A stretch of 55,617 bases of DNA from positions 1-55,617 of the forward strand of contig CAZKVV010000004.1 in assembly GCA_964556485.1 (NCBI GenBank), in the 5' to 3' direction. The notes below the pieces were generated by a model. It saw nothing but the letters and a program-made list of their open reading frames with translations, searched no databases and was not told where the DNA came from. The position numbers and the translations under genes are program-made. Of this stretch, positions 18,825-29,490 are shown piece by piece (the first letter of the stretch is position 1; each line of letters begins with the position of its first letter). This stretch comes from an uncultured Pseudomonadales bacterium (GTDB taxonomy: Bacteria; Patescibacteriota; Microgenomatia; UBA1400; PJMF01).

Positions 18825-20093
18825 ATGTCAACTTCTACCAGTAAAGTAGTTCGCACAGAGTTCGCAGCAGCTATTAATCAGATAGCAAATGAACGCAAGA
18901 TTAGTTCAGATTCTATTTTTGAAGCAATTCGTCAGGCACTCATCTCAGCATATCGCAAGCAATATGGTGATTTGGGTGAAGGTTTTCACTACTATGTGCA
19001 TCTCAATGAAGATACTGGTGAATCTCGTATTTTCAAAGCTCCAGCAATTAAGATTGATGAAGAAACACTCGAAGTATTAGAGTGGGATGAAAAAAAAGCT
19101 GAAGATGTTACGCCAGCAGGGTTTGGTCGCATTGCCGCGCAAACTGCTAAGCAAGTTATTTTGCAAAAGATTAGAGAGTCTGAAAAAGATCAAATTATTT
19201 CTGAATACGCTTCTCGAATAGGTGAAATTGTGACAGCGCAAATTTTGCGTATGGATGGACGTAAAGTGATCCTCGATTTAGGTCGCGGTCAAGGTATTAT
19301 GCCTCCTGAAGAACAGATGCGTGGTGAGTTTTATAAGGTGAACACCAGAATTACAGTGCTCATCAAAGAAATTCGCGATACTCACAAAGGTGATGCTATT
19401 ATCGTCTCTCGCGCAAGTGAAGCCCTGGTAGTTAAACTTTTTGAGAGAGAAGTCCCAGAAGTTTCAACCGGAGCCGTCGAAATTGCTTTGATTGCCCGCG
19501 AGGCTGGTGTCAGAACCAAACTTGCAGTCAAATCTACGCAAGAAGGTGTTGATCCAGTTGGTTCGTGTGTTGGTCAACGAGGCGTACGTGTTCAAGAAGT
19601 TATTAGAGAACTCAACAACGAAAAACTCGACATCATTCCTTGGTCAGACAATACTCGAGTATTGTTACAGGGAGCATTAGCTCCTGCTGAAGGATTAAAG
19701 ATCAGTATCGATGAAGAAAACAGAGTAGTTGAAGTAACAGCTCCTGACGATCAATTATCCCTCGCAATTGGTAGAGGCGGACAAAATGTTCGCTTAGCGG
19801 CAAAATTAACAGGCTATAAGATTACTATTAAGTCTGCTGATGGTACGGTTGAATCAGCAGTGACCGGTAAAGAAGAGTATGAAATTGACACGTTTGAAGG
19901 CTTAACAGCTGAAACTCGCGAACTCTTAGTCAGTCACAAACTAACCACACTTATGGACTTAGCTCGATTTAAGATTAAGTGGCAAGAATTCGAAATTGAA
20001 GAAGATCAGAAACAAATGTTATTAGAAAAAGTAACAGCATTTGAGGTAACAGAACAAGCTCATGCGGCTGCATATGCTGCAAAGAGTGCGTAA
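18825..20093 (+). CDS. nusA: Transcription termination factor NusA
   Basis: FGRIAAQTAKQV, S1 domain, REAGVRTKLAV, GSCVGQRG, LAIGRGGQNVRLAAKLTG. Confidence 0.97.
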   Translation: MSTSTSKVVRTEFAAAINQIANERKISSDSIFEAIRQALISAYRKQYGDLGEGFHYYVHLNEDTGESRIFKAPAIKIDEETLEVLEWDEKKAEDVTPAGFGRIAAQTAKQVILQKIRESEKDQIISEYASRIGEIVTAQILRMDGRKVILDLGRGQGIMPPEEQMRGEFYKVNTRITVLIKEIRDTHKGDAIIVSRASEALVVKLFEREVPEVSTGAVEIALIAREAGVRTKLAVKSTQEGVDPVGSCVGQRGVRVQEVIRELNNEKLDIIPWSDNTRVLLQGALAPAEGLKISIDEENRVVEVTAPDDQLSLAIGRGGQNVRLAAKLTGYKITIKSADGTVESAVTGKEEYEIDTFEGLTAETRELLVSHKLTTLMDLARFKIKWQEFEIEEDQKQMLLEKVTAFEVTEQAHAAAYAAKSA

Positions 20094-20105
20094 AGAAGGA
20101 TAGTA

Positions 20106-21566
20106 ATGGCTTTGCAAGCTAGACCACCAGTAATCACTATCATGGGTCATGTTGACCATGGCAAAACATCGCTCCTCGATTACATTCGTAAAACAAATGT
20201 GACCTCACATGAAGCCGGTGGTATCACCCAGCATATTGGTGCCTACAGTATTGTCCACGATGGCAAGGCTTTAACTTTCATTGACACACCAGGCCATGCT
20301 GCCTTCAACAAAATGCGTGAACGTGGTGCAAAAATCACCGATATCGTTATCTTAGTTGTTGCTGCAAATGATGGTGTGAAGCCTCAAACTATTGAATCAA
20401 TTCGTCATATTAAAAATAGTAACGTGCCAGTCATAGTTGCAATTAATAAAATTGATCTTCCAAATGTTGATACAAATGTAGCTAAGTCTCAGTTAGCCGA
20501 GCATGGCATTGTCGTTGCAGACTATGGTGGTGATGTGGAAACCGTTGAAGTTTCTGCAACCAAAGGTATTGGTATTGATAAGTTGTTTGAAACCTTACAT
20601 CTGGTTTCTGAACTACTTGAACTGGAGGCAGATCCTTCAGCTCCACTTGAGGCAGTTGTGATCGAGTCAAGTAAAGACAGTCGTCGAGGAACTGTTGCTA
20701 CTGTTATCGTGCAAAACGGTACGTTAGCAGTTAGGCAAGATCTCTACACCGATTCAACTGATGGAAGAGTAAAACTGCTTACTAATGAACAAGGCGAGCA
20801 ACTCAATTTAGTATTGCCTGGTTATCCAGCCGAAATTATTGGTTTTAAGGAAGCTCCTACTGTTGGTTCGATTGTTCAGGATAGTGCTGCAGAGTACGCC
20901 CAAGAAGAACTTGCCGACGAGGAAGAAGTTGTTGCCAAACCTCACTTTGGTGTCGATTTTGCTGCAATGCTTGTTGAAAAGCCAAAACTAAAGTTAATCA
21001 TCAAGGCAGATACTGAGGGTACACTTGAGGCAATTTTGCAAACACTCGATGAAGAAAGTACCGATCTACTTTCATTTGGCGTAGGTGAAGTTTCTGAAGG
21101 TGATGTCGATATGGCAAAAGCTAGTGGCGCATTGTTAATTTCCTTCCACAGCAAAGTTTCGGGTAAGATTAAGCGTTTGGCAAAAGATGAAGGCGTTAAG
21201 TTGCGCATCTACGATATTATCTACAAACTTATTGAAGACTTACAGAAGCAACAACTCAAACTTATCGAACCTACCATTGACGAAGAAGTCCGTGCCGAAA
21301 TTGAAGTCATGCAGATCTTTGAAATGCGTGGCGAACGAATTGCTGGTTGTAAAGTTAAAACAGGTGAACTCAAAAAGACAGACTTATTGCATCTTAAACG
21401 TGACGGTGAAATTATTTCAGATCCCAAAATCAAATCTTTGATGCATGGAAAAGAAGAAATTACTTCGGTGAAGGCAAAAAATGAGTTTGGTATGACATTC
21501 ACAAGCAAAAAGCAAGATTTCCAAGTGGGCGATATTTTAGTTGCCTACGTGATTAAAGAAGACTAA
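20106..21566 (+). CDS. infB: Translation initiation factor IF-2 (no N-terminal domain)
   Basis: [39 protein letters not shown]. Confidence 0.97.
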   Translation: MALQARPPVITIMGHVDHGKTSLLDYIRKTNVTSHEAGGITQHIGAYSIVHDGKALTFIDTPGHAAFNKMRERGAKITDIVILVVAANDGVKPQTIESIRHIKNSNVPVIVAINKIDLPNVDTNVAKSQLAEHGIVVADYGGDVETVEVSATKGIGIDKLFETLHLVSELLELEADPSAPLEAVVIESSKDSRRGTVATVIVQNGTLAVRQDLYTDSTDGRVKLLTNEQGEQLNLVLPGYPAEIIGFKEAPTVGSIVQDSAAEYAQEELADEEEVVAKPHFGVDFAAMLVEKPKLKLIIKADTEGTLEAILQTLDEESTDLLSFGVGEVSEGDVDMAKASGALLISFHSKVSGKIKRLAKDEGVKLRIYDIIYKLIEDLQKQQLKLIEPTIDEEVRAEIEVMQIFEMRGERIAGCKVKTGELKKTDLLHLKRDGEIISDPKIKSLMHGKEEITSVKAKNEFGMTFTSKKQDFQVGDILVAYVIKED

Positions 21567-21672
21567 TTGCAGGTTGTGTTATAATAAGTAGTATACATAT
21601 ATAGTTAGGTCACTGTACTGTTTTGGTGAAAACGAGAACACTACGGGCGCTCAAGTAAAGGGAGCAAATACC

Positions 21673-21942
21673 ATGGCACTATCAAAAGCCCAAAAAATCC
21701 AAATTATTAAAGACTTTCAGTTGTTTGAAGGCGATACTGGATCTCCAGAAGTGCAGGTGGCATTGCTTACTGCTTCTGTTCAAGAACTCACTTCGCATCT
21801 TGGTTCTCACAAAAAAGACGATCACTCTCGACGTGGTCTTCTTAAACAGGTGGCAAAGCGCCGCAGACTTCTCAACTTCTTGCTTTCACGCAGTGAAGAG
21901 AGATATCGCAAGCTTATTGACTCACTTGGTCTCTCTAAGTAA
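21673..21942 (+). CDS. rpsO: 30S ribosomal protein S15
   Basis: [24 protein letters not shown]. Confidence 0.98.
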   Translation: MALSKAQKIQIIKDFQLFEGDTGSPEVQVALLTASVQELTSHLGSHKKDDHSRRGLLKQVAKRRRLLNFLLSRSEERYRKLIDSLGLSK

Positions 21943-22032
21943 TTTCACTAACGCAATCTCAATAACGTAGTAGCCAGATTGGAAGAGTAAAACGCTCTAT
22001 CTTCTGGTATACTGTACTCAAGTACAAGTGTA

Positions 22033-22111
22033 GGGAGAGCTGAGGATTCAAGAGAGACGATAACGTATTTTAGTGTTGTTATCTTTTCTCCAGAATACTT
22101 CCAGTTCTCTC
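22033..22111 (+). promoter_or_regulatory. Long hairpin in the pnp leader
   Basis: GAGAGCTG/CAGTTCTC, ATTC/GAAT, GAGAGA/TTTTCTC and GATAACG/TGTTATC; extended -10 TGgTATACT at 22005-22013. Confidence 0.6.
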
Positions 22112-22145
22112 AAGTTAAGTGCCCTTTATGGGCGAAAGGAATCGC

Positions 22146-24452
22146 ATGTCATATCCTACGTATCCAAATACGTTTAAGAGAGATATTGTCGTGGGTGATA
22201 AGACTATCACCATAGAAGTAGGTAAATACTCCCAACAAGCAAGCGCAGCTGTGCTTGCCACCTGTGGTGAAACCACCGTTCACGCTACTATTGCCTTGGG
22301 AAGAAAAGTTAACTTGGGGTATTTTCCTCTTTCAGTCGATTTTTCAGAAAAATTAAATGCAGCTGGAATCATTAAAGGTTCACGTTGGGTTAAACGTGCT
22401 GGCAGACCACTCGATGAAGAGGTACTCAAAGGTCGTGTTATTGACCGCTCACTTCGTCCACTTTTTCCAGACGGAATTACTAATGAAGTGCAAATCATTG
22501 TAACTGTGTTTTCATATGATGGTGAAAACGATCCAGATATGTTGGGCTTGCTCGCAAGTGCAATTGGTCTCTCTATTTCTGAAATTCCATTTGATGGTCC
22601 TATGGCAGGACTTCGTGTGGCTTACAGCAAAGAAACCCAAAAATTTATCTATAACCCAACCGATACAGAACTCAAAGAGTACTCAGATTTGGACTTAGTT
22701 GTTTCAGGTTCGGGTGATGCAATTGTCATGGTTGAATCTGGAGCTAACGAAGTTTCAGAGAAAGTAATGGTGGAAGCACTGCTTAAAGCTCAAGATGAGT
22801 TGGGTAAAGTGTGTACCGCAATTACTGCCATCACTGCAGAAATTGGCAAGAAAAAAGTTGAGTTAGTTTCAGCAGAAGACATTGCAAAAAAGGAAGCTAC
22901 TACGGCACTTGCCGAAGAAATTTTTGCTGGATTTAGTGCTGAACTCAAGGCAGCAGTCCTCAAGTTGGCTCAGTTAGAAGAAGCTGGCTTGCCAGAAATC
23001 GAAGCTACTATCTTGGAGAAGCTCAATGCAGATAGAACTGAAGAAGAACAGTTAGAAAAAGGTGCTGTTTCAGCAGCTGTACAAAAAGTTCTCAAAAAGA
23101 TTGCTCGTACTATGATCATTGACGAAAAAACTCGTCCTGATGGTCGCAAAACTGATGAAATCAGACAAATTTGGTGTGAAGTTGATGTTTTCGCAAGAAC
23201 CCATGGTTCAGCAATGTTTAAACGTGGCGCAACGCAAGCTATTACAGTTGCAACCTTAGGCAACCCATCTTTAGGTCAACTCATTGAGAGCATCGATGGT
23301 GAAGAAACTCGACACTACTTGCATCACTACAGCATGCCTCCCTATGCATCTGGTGAAGCAGGTAGATTTGGTGCGCCAAAACGCCGCGAAATCGGTCATG
23401 GTGCGCTAGCAGAACGTGCGCTTCGTCCAATGATCCCAACACATGCGGAGTTCCCTTACACTATTCACGTCGTGTCAGAGATCGTCAGTTCTAATGGTTC
23501 TACCTCACAGGCATCTGTCTGTGGTTCAACTTTGTCACTCATGGCAGCAGGTGTTCCACTGAAAAGACCAGTTGCAGGCATTGCGATGGGACTTATGAGT
23601 GATGGCAAAACCTACGTTGTCCTTTCTGACATTCAAGGACTAGAGGATCACGTTGGCGACATGGACTTTAAAGTTTCAGGTACTAGCGAAGGTATTACTG
23701 CAATTCAGATGGACATTAAGCTGAAGGGAATTCCTCGTGAAGTGCTCGAGCAAGCGCTCGAACAAGCACGTATCGGTAGAGTTCATATTCTCGGTGAAAT
23801 GGCTAAAACGATTGATCAGCCAAGAACGGAGTTGAGTGAGTTTGCACCAAAGGTAAAACAACTTACCATTCCAGCTAACCGCATTGGCGAGTTGATTGGT
23901 CCTGGAGGCAAAGTTATTAAGGGAATCATCGAGGTGACAGGTGCAGACATTAATGTTGATGAAGACGAAGAAAATGAGCTCGGTATTGTGAACATTTCTT
24001 CTTCAGATCAAGCAAAAATTGAGCACGCATATAGCATAATCACTGGCATGATGCGCACTGTTGAAGTTGGCGAGTCCTTTGAAGGAACCGTTACTAGAGT
24101 TGAAAGCTATGGAGCTTTTGTGCAGTATTTGCCCGAACGCGAAGGTCTCGTTCACGTTAGTGCTATGAGTACGGAATATGTTCGTGATGCAAGCGACTTA
24201 GTTAAAGTGGGCGACACCGTCCAGGTTAGAATTGCCGAAATCAAAGATGATGGTAAGATCGGCCTCACAATGCTTACACCAGAACAAGAAGAAGCAGCAA
24301 AAGCACAACGTGCTCAAGCACGCAGTGAACGTGGTGACTCTCCCGATAGGGGAGGCTACCGTGGTGGCGCTGGCGGAGGAGACCGACGTGGTGGAGGTGG
24401 CAGCAGAGGTGGAGATCGCGGTGGAAACCGTGGTTACGATCGAAGACGCTAA
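22146..24452 (+). CDS. pnp: Polyribonucleotide nucleotidyltransferase
   Basis: RLIDR-like RVIDRSLRPLF, HGSAMFKRG, RREIGHG, SNGSTSQAS, GDMDFKV, KH and S1 domains, RGG-rich tail. Confidence 0.98.
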   Translation: MSYPTYPNTFKRDIVVGDKTITIEVGKYSQQASAAVLATCGETTVHATIALGRKVNLGYFPLSVDFSEKLNAAGIIKGSRWVKRAGRPLDEEVLKGRVIDRSLRPLFPDGITNEVQIIVTVFSYDGENDPDMLGLLASAIGLSISEIPFDGPMAGLRVAYSKETQKFIYNPTDTELKEYSDLDLVVSGSGDAIVMVESGANEVSEKVMVEALLKAQDELGKVCTAITAITAEIGKKKVELVSAEDIAKKEATTALAEEIFAGFSAELKAAVLKLAQLEEAGLPEIEATILEKLNADRTEEEQLEKGAVSAAVQKVLKKIARTMIIDEKTRPDGRKTDEIRQIWCEVDVFARTHGSAMFKRGATQAITVATLGNPSLGQLIESIDGEETRHYLHHYSMPPYASGEAGRFGAPKRREIGHGALAERALRPMIPTHAEFPYTIHVVSEIVSSNGSTSQASVCGSTLSLMAAGVPLKRPVAGIAMGLMSDGKTYVVLSDIQGLEDHVGDMDFKVSGTSEGITAIQMDIKLKGIPREVLEQALEQARIGRVHILGEMAKTIDQPRTELSEFAPKVKQLTIPANRIGELIGPGGKVIKGIIEVTGADINVDEDEENELGIVNISSSDQAKIEHAYSIITGMMRTVEVGESFEGTVTRVESYGAFVQYLPEREGLVHVSAMSTEYVRDASDLVKVGDTVQVRIAEIKDDGKIGLTMLTPEQEEAAKAQRAQARSERGDSPDRGGYRGGAGGGDRRGGGGSRGGDRGGNRGYDRRR

Positions 24453-24509
24453 TCTAGGTTGCGCAATAGCTCGCTAAACAATACTCTCACAATCGAGTAT
24501 ACTTGTAAC

Positions 24510-25379
24510 ATGCATATTTCTGCGCTAAAAACTGCCCAGCAGATGTTCTGCTTACTAGAACTTGATAGAGCTCCAATGCTCGCTGAGGCTATGGGACTTT
24601 CAATTGTAGACCCGGCACATCAGGTCGTGCTAGATAGATTGTTATCACAGATGGTGGAGCTGTATAGTCCGCATGTCTCAGGAATTGTACTGAGTCCCGA
24701 GCACACCTTTCATCATGTAGGTGTGCTTGATGTGAATTGCGCTCCCATTCTGTCAATGGAAAAGAAAACAACTTCGGTAGATCCATTGATTCCACCAACA
24801 TTTGTGGATAACTGGAGTATTGAAAATATCGCTAATAACTATGCTGTAGCAAAGTTAGAGTTGTATTATCATCCCTCAGAAGAACATGCAGCCCTTAAAA
24901 AGCAGATGGTTGCTGAAATTTACGACTATTGTCACTATGAAGGCATCGACTTTATTTTAGAACTACTTGTATATCATCCTGGAGCGGAAAAACCTTCACT
25001 GCAGAACTACACAGAGTCACAATTGGTGGCAGTGCAAGAATTTAGAGACAGTTGTGATTTGATGGCACTCGAATACTTAGGAGATAGTCTTTCAGCGGTT
25101 ACGATAACTGCCGAGCTTGATATTCCTTGGATTATGACCATGCGAGAGCTCGAGTATGATCAATGTAAGCGTGAACTACGAGCTTCACTAGAAAGTGGTG
25201 CGCAGGGTTTTCTTATTGGTGATGTGTTTTGGCCACGCCTAGATCCCGCTCTTGGTACCGAAGGACAAGTTGATGTGAGTGTGCTTGAGCAAGAGATTGC
25301 GCATCAAAGTCGAGACAGAGTGCTAGAATTAGTGAGAATAACAACTGAATTTGGTAAGAATGATTCAGCAAAAGAATAG
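24510..25379 (+). CDS. LacD/tagatose-bisphosphate-aldolase-like TIM barrel, probably catalytically altered
   Basis: SGIVLSPEH, LSMEK, WSI, AKLELYYHP, FILELLVY, GFLIGDVFW match class I LacD segments. Confidence 0.75.
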   Translation: MHISALKTAQQMFCLLELDRAPMLAEAMGLSIVDPAHQVVLDRLLSQMVELYSPHVSGIVLSPEHTFHHVGVLDVNCAPILSMEKKTTSVDPLIPPTFVDNWSIENIANNYAVAKLELYYHPSEEHAALKKQMVAEIYDYCHYEGIDFILELLVYHPGAEKPSLQNYTESQLVAVQEFRDSCDLMALEYLGDSLSAVTITAELDIPWIMTMRELEYDQCKRELRASLESGAQGFLIGDVFWPRLDPALGTEGQVDVSVLEQEIAHQSRDRVLELVRITTEFGKNDSAKE

Positions 25380-25388
25380 GAGGGGGCT

Positions 25389-25694
25389 ATGAAACAACTT
25401 GTTCAGAACTTAACCTATGTGACCGTCATGCTGGTTGAAGTGATGCTCAGTCTTCGATTTATTACTAGACTCCTCGGAGCAAACTCTAAAGCGCCATTCA
25501 TTGTTTGGTTGTATGACAACACCACACCATTACTTGCCCCATTTGCGCAAGTATTTCCTTCACCCTCAGTAAATGGTAGATTTGTACTAGAATTTACCAC
25601 GCTGTTTGCAATTTTTGTGTACACTTTTATTGCCTATTTAGCCTTAGAATTACTCAGTATTTTTGACAGCTTTGGAGCGACAAAGAAAAAATGA
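25389..25694 (+). CDS. YggT-family membrane protein
   Basis: LRFITRLLGAN..APFIVWLYDNTTPLLAPF. Confidence 0.75.
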   Translation: MKQLVQNLTYVTVMLVEVMLSLRFITRLLGANSKAPFIVWLYDNTTPLLAPFAQVFPSPSVNGRFVLEFTTLFAIFVYTFIAYLALELLSIFDSFGATKKK

Positions 25695-26170
25695 AAATTG
25701 TAGTTAAAAGATCATTTCCCATTGTTTTTTCACTGTTAGTGCATTCGGTGCAGAGAGCGGCAGTCATTTTCGTGGTTGCAGTTATTGGGCTCTCAATTGT
25801 TCTCAACACTGCACTGCAAATTGATGCGCAGGCAGTACGACCAGTAGCAATTGGAATAAGCACGCTCGCTGCAGTTGCTTTTTTGTTGTCAAAGATTATT
25901 GAAGGTGTATTGCACGCTAAGGGCACAGAGTTAGAAGTCACACCTCAACAGCTTTCAGGAGTAATATCTGGCTTTTCGAGCAATTCATTCACACTGCCCC
26001 TGTCAAAAGTTGGTACCTTGTATGTGTATCAAAATTTTGTTGACAAGCTTTTTGGTATTTGCGCCGTTGTGTACACCCAGATGAATGCTACGATGACCGT
26101 ATATGGTTTTGATATTAAGGATGCTCAAGCACTAATAAAAAAGTGCGCTGAGTATCAAAGTAAAAAGTAA
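25691..26170 (+). CDS. Two-TM membrane protein with a bacterial PH-like domain
   Basis: Two TMs, then GVISG...[21 protein letters not shown]. Confidence 0.55.
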   Translation: MKIVVKRSFPIVFSLLVHSVQRAAVIFVVAVIGLSIVLNTALQIDAQAVRPVAIGISTLAAVAFLLSKIIEGVLHAKGTELEVTPQQLSGVISGFSSNSFTLPLSKVGTLYVYQNFVDKLFGICAVVYTQMNATMTVYGFDIKDAQALIKKCAEYQSKK

Positions 26171-26189
26171 CAACACTATAAGGATTACA

Positions 26190-26792
26190 ATGTTTTCACT
26201 TCCTACATTGCCGTACGACTATGCAGCTCTCGAGCCTCACATTGATGCAAAAACAATGCAGATTCATCACACAAAGCACCATCAAGTCTACATTGATAAA
26301 CTGACTATAGCGGTGGCAAGTACCCCTCATGAGGGTAAGTCTGTTGAAGAACTCTGTGCTATAGCCGGAACTTTGCCAGCAGCAATTCGTAATAACGCTG
26401 GAGGACACTACAATCATTCGCTGTTTTGGACATTACTATCTCCAGACGCTGGTGAACCAACAGGCGCTATGCTCGAGGCACTTTTGACAAGTTTTGGTTC
26501 ACTCGAAACATTTAAAGAGCAGTTTGCTGCTGCAGCTGTAGGTCAGTTTGGTTCGGGATGGGCATGGTTGGTACATGATGGTTCAAAATTAGTTGTTGGA
26601 TCAACCCCAAATCAAGATAATCCACTAATGGATGTATCTGCGCTGAAAGGCACCCCACTCCTAGGACTAGATGTGTGGGAACATGCCTACTATTTGCAAT
26701 ATCAGAACAGAAGGCCAGAGTATGTAACTGCATTTTGGAATGTAATTAACTGGTCTGAAGTAGCCAAAAGATACGCAGCGGTGACTGCTTAG
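26190..26792 (+). CDS. sodA: Superoxide dismutase, Mn-type signature
   Basis: [37 protein letters not shown]. Confidence 0.95.
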   Translation: MFSLPTLPYDYAALEPHIDAKTMQIHHTKHHQVYIDKLTIAVASTPHEGKSVEELCAIAGTLPAAIRNNAGGHYNHSLFWTLLSPDAGEPTGAMLEALLTSFGSLETFKEQFAAAAVGQFGSGWAWLVHDGSKLVVGSTPNQDNPLMDVSALKGTPLLGLDVWEHAYYLQYQNRRPEYVTAFWNVINWSEVAKRYAAVTA

Positions 26793-26802
26793 TAAAGTTT
26801 TC

Positions 26803-27387
26803 ATGTTACAGTTGATATTAGACGTTGAAACCAAACGTACTTTTGAAGAAGTTGGTGGATTTTTCCCTGAAAAATTGGGTATTTCATTTGTTGGCGTGTG
26901 TGTTCGCGAAGGATTTGCTGGTAAGGGTGAAATGCTGAGTTTTTTTGAGGCTGACATTCCTAAATTATTTCCCTTGCTCGAAAAGGCAGACGTTGTAATT
27001 GGTTTTAATATTGACGCGTTTGATATGCCTACGTTTACAACCTATTATCAGTCTGATATCAGTGCTATTCCCACCCTCGATTTGATGCTGCGAATTAAAG
27101 ATAGTGTGGGTCATCGCATTGGTCTAGATGCTGTTGCAAAAGAGACTCTGGGAATTGGTAAATCTGGTGATGGTTTAGATGCTATTAAGTACTATCAGCA
27201 AAAAGAGTGGGACAAGTTGGCATCATACTGTTTGCAAGATGTAGCAGTTACCAGAGATATTTATGATTTTGGCTTGCAAAAAGGACTGGTTAAGTTTAAA
27301 AATAAGTGGAACAGACTGATTGAAGCTTCAGTTGATTTTGCATTTACTCCAAAGAAAAATGCTGGAGTGCAGATGAGTTTGTTATAG
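26803..27387 (+). CDS. RNase H-like DEDD 3'-5' exonuclease domain protein
   Basis: ILDVET, IGFNIDAFD, LDAVA, YCLQDV. Confidence 0.85.
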   Translation: MLQLILDVETKRTFEEVGGFFPEKLGISFVGVCVREGFAGKGEMLSFFEADIPKLFPLLEKADVVIGFNIDAFDMPTFTTYYQSDISAIPTLDLMLRIKDSVGHRIGLDAVAKETLGIGKSGDGLDAIKYYQQKEWDKLASYCLQDVAVTRDIYDFGLQKGLVKFKNKWNRLIEASVDFAFTPKKNAGVQMSLL

Positions 27388-27411
27388 AGAAGAATTTTTA
27401 AGATTGATGGA

Positions 27412-29490
27412 ATGATTAATGAATTCCCAAGCGAAATAAAAGATGCCCTTTCAACACCAGAGGATGAGAGAAAAAAGAGATTAACTGATATCCTTGCTAC
27501 GCAGTTTGCACTGAAGCCAAAACGTGACAGTTGGTCTGAAAATAGGCTGTGGTTTTATGAACAGTTGAGATATCTTGTTGAGAATCCTGAAAAATTACTT
27601 GAAAGAACAACATTTAATCTGTCTCCAACTGAACGTACGTATTTTCATGAGTCTATCGACTTTCCTAGATATCAACAAAATGGTGTAAATAGAAACATTA
27701 CATTTGCTGAGCTGCAATCCCTGGCAGAACTATATCAAGGTTTCATGGAAAGTTTGCAGTTCGATTTAGATCAATCTGTTTCAATTGATAGGTTGTTAGC
27801 TACGATTAGATGCGAACTGATCGGTCAGGAGTTAGCTAGACATGCGCTAAATATAGCTATATCTCTGATGGAAGAATTTACACCAGCAATGGTGCCTGAA
27901 AACGAGATCATGATTTTAATTGAGCATGTAAAAAAAGGTGAAGCAATAAATGGAGCTTACTATGGCAAATTACATAAAAAAGGTATTATTGCAGTTGATA
28001 TGATTAAAGATCCCTTTCGGGATTTCACTCCCTATAGCTTAGATCAAGAAATGATTGCAAAAATCATCATTTTAGTTCATGAGCTTGGGCATGCGTGGCA
28101 AGATGAAATGATTTTTGCAAGCAAGCAACGAACTGATATAAATGTAGACCAAATTGTTTTTCCAGGAGCACCTTCTGGAATTGTGGTTGAGCGCTATTCA
28201 CCGGGAGTTCTACTCGCACTCATAACCAAAGAGATTAAAACAGGGAATAGAAAAGAAAGTATAACCAAAGGTGAAAACCTTAGTTTGGTTGTTATAGAAG
28301 GTTTAGCAGTACTGCTTGAAATCTATATTGAGTCAGAGTGGAAAAAAAAGCAGTTGCGGGTGGGCGCACAAGAGAGAGCGCAGTTTATCCAAGATCAGAT
28401 AAATGATAGATTTAAAATCCATTCTGAAATTAAGTTTACTCGCAGTTATGATCCATATCGCATTGGTTTAGATTTGATCAGAAAGTTGTCAACTTACTTT
28501 TCCAAAGAACAGATGATGGATGTAGTAGGTCAAATCGATCTTTTTTCATGTGCTGCAGTTCCTACTTACTCACCTTTGGGATTGGCAATGCAAGAAGATC
28601 CTAGGTTACTACCTGGCCTTTCAGAACAACAAGTGGTAAAAGACTCGTTGAGAAATGATGATAAATTGCCATTACAAGAAAACGAGCAGTTCTCAGCAAT
28701 TGATGTTCAAATGGCACGACTATTCTCTGAACAGGATGCGGGCAATGTGCGAGAGCTTGAGGTTGAGCTAGATGGTAAATCTACATCAGTTGCTTTGTCC
28801 AATCCAGTTAAACAGCGCGATAGGTTTCTATATAACGCAAAAATAGCAGGTCAAAACTGCGTGGTGGAGATACCATATTGCGAAGATGTCTTGACAGTTG
28901 TGCAAAAAATCCAAGAGCAGGCTCGGTTCAGTGCGCAGCTACACGCAGCAGGCGCTTTTTTACCACATCCATGCTATGCGACGGTAGGAATAATTGCTGG
29001 TGACAGTTTTCCTGTGATAATTCGTTTGGATGAGCAAGATTTACATCAAAGATTACTATTAGGCGTCGAAGACACTTTAAGTGTTGAATACGATTTGAAG
29101 CACGACAAGCAACATGAGGCATGGAGCAGAAACGAGTTTATGCAAAATTTTTATCCACTCATTGAAACGTTGTATGCAGTTGCTCAACTTGGTCTGCATA
29201 TACCGGATGGTGCATGGGGGCTGAGGTTGCAAAGTCAAAGACTTGAGTTTTACATTCATGATGTGAGTCAAATTAGAAAGGCTACGGATTCTTCCGAACA
29301 ATTTTCTTCACATAGAGCTGCATTACTTGCTGGGACTATTTTCACTAATAGCCTGAGTCTGAAATATCGGGAAGAGTCGGATATTGTTGAGTATTGGTTT
29401 GACGACACCTATGTTCAAAATGAAATTGCCAATCTTCACAAATCGATTAAAGAAAAAAAACAATTTAGTGCGCAGTTTGAAAGAAAATGA
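27412..29490 (+). CDS. Large hypothetical protein with a zincin HExxH motif
   Basis: VHELGH plus downstream IEGLA; C-terminal half weakly kinase-like. Confidence 0.55.
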   Translation: MINEFPSEIKDALSTPEDERKKRLTDILATQFALKPKRDSWSENRLWFYEQLRYLVENPEKLLERTTFNLSPTERTYFHESIDFPRYQQNGVNRNITFAELQSLAELYQGFMESLQFDLDQSVSIDRLLATIRCELIGQELARHALNIAISLMEEFTPAMVPENEIMILIEHVKKGEAINGAYYGKLHKKGIIAVDMIKDPFRDFTPYSLDQEMIAKIIILVHELGHAWQDEMIFASKQRTDINVDQIVFPGAPSGIVVERYSPGVLLALITKEIKTGNRKESITKGENLSLVVIEGLAVLLEIYIESEWKKKQLRVGAQERAQFIQDQINDRFKIHSEIKFTRSYDPYRIGLDLIRKLSTYFSKEQMMDVVGQIDLFSCAAVPTYSPLGLAMQEDPRLLPGLSEQQVVKDSLRNDDKLPLQENEQFSAIDVQMARLFSEQDAGNVRELEVELDGKSTSVALSNPVKQRDRFLYNAKIAGQNCVVEIPYCEDVLTVVQKIQEQARFSAQLHAAGAFLPHPCYATVGIIAGDSFPVIIRLDEQDLHQRLLLGVEDTLSVEYDLKHDKQHEAWSRNEFMQNFYPLIETLYAVAQLGLHIPDGAWGLRLQSQRLEFYIHDVSQIRKATDSSEQFSSHRAALLAGTIFTNSLSLKYREESDIVEYWFDDTYVQNEIANLHKSIKEKKQFSAQFERK

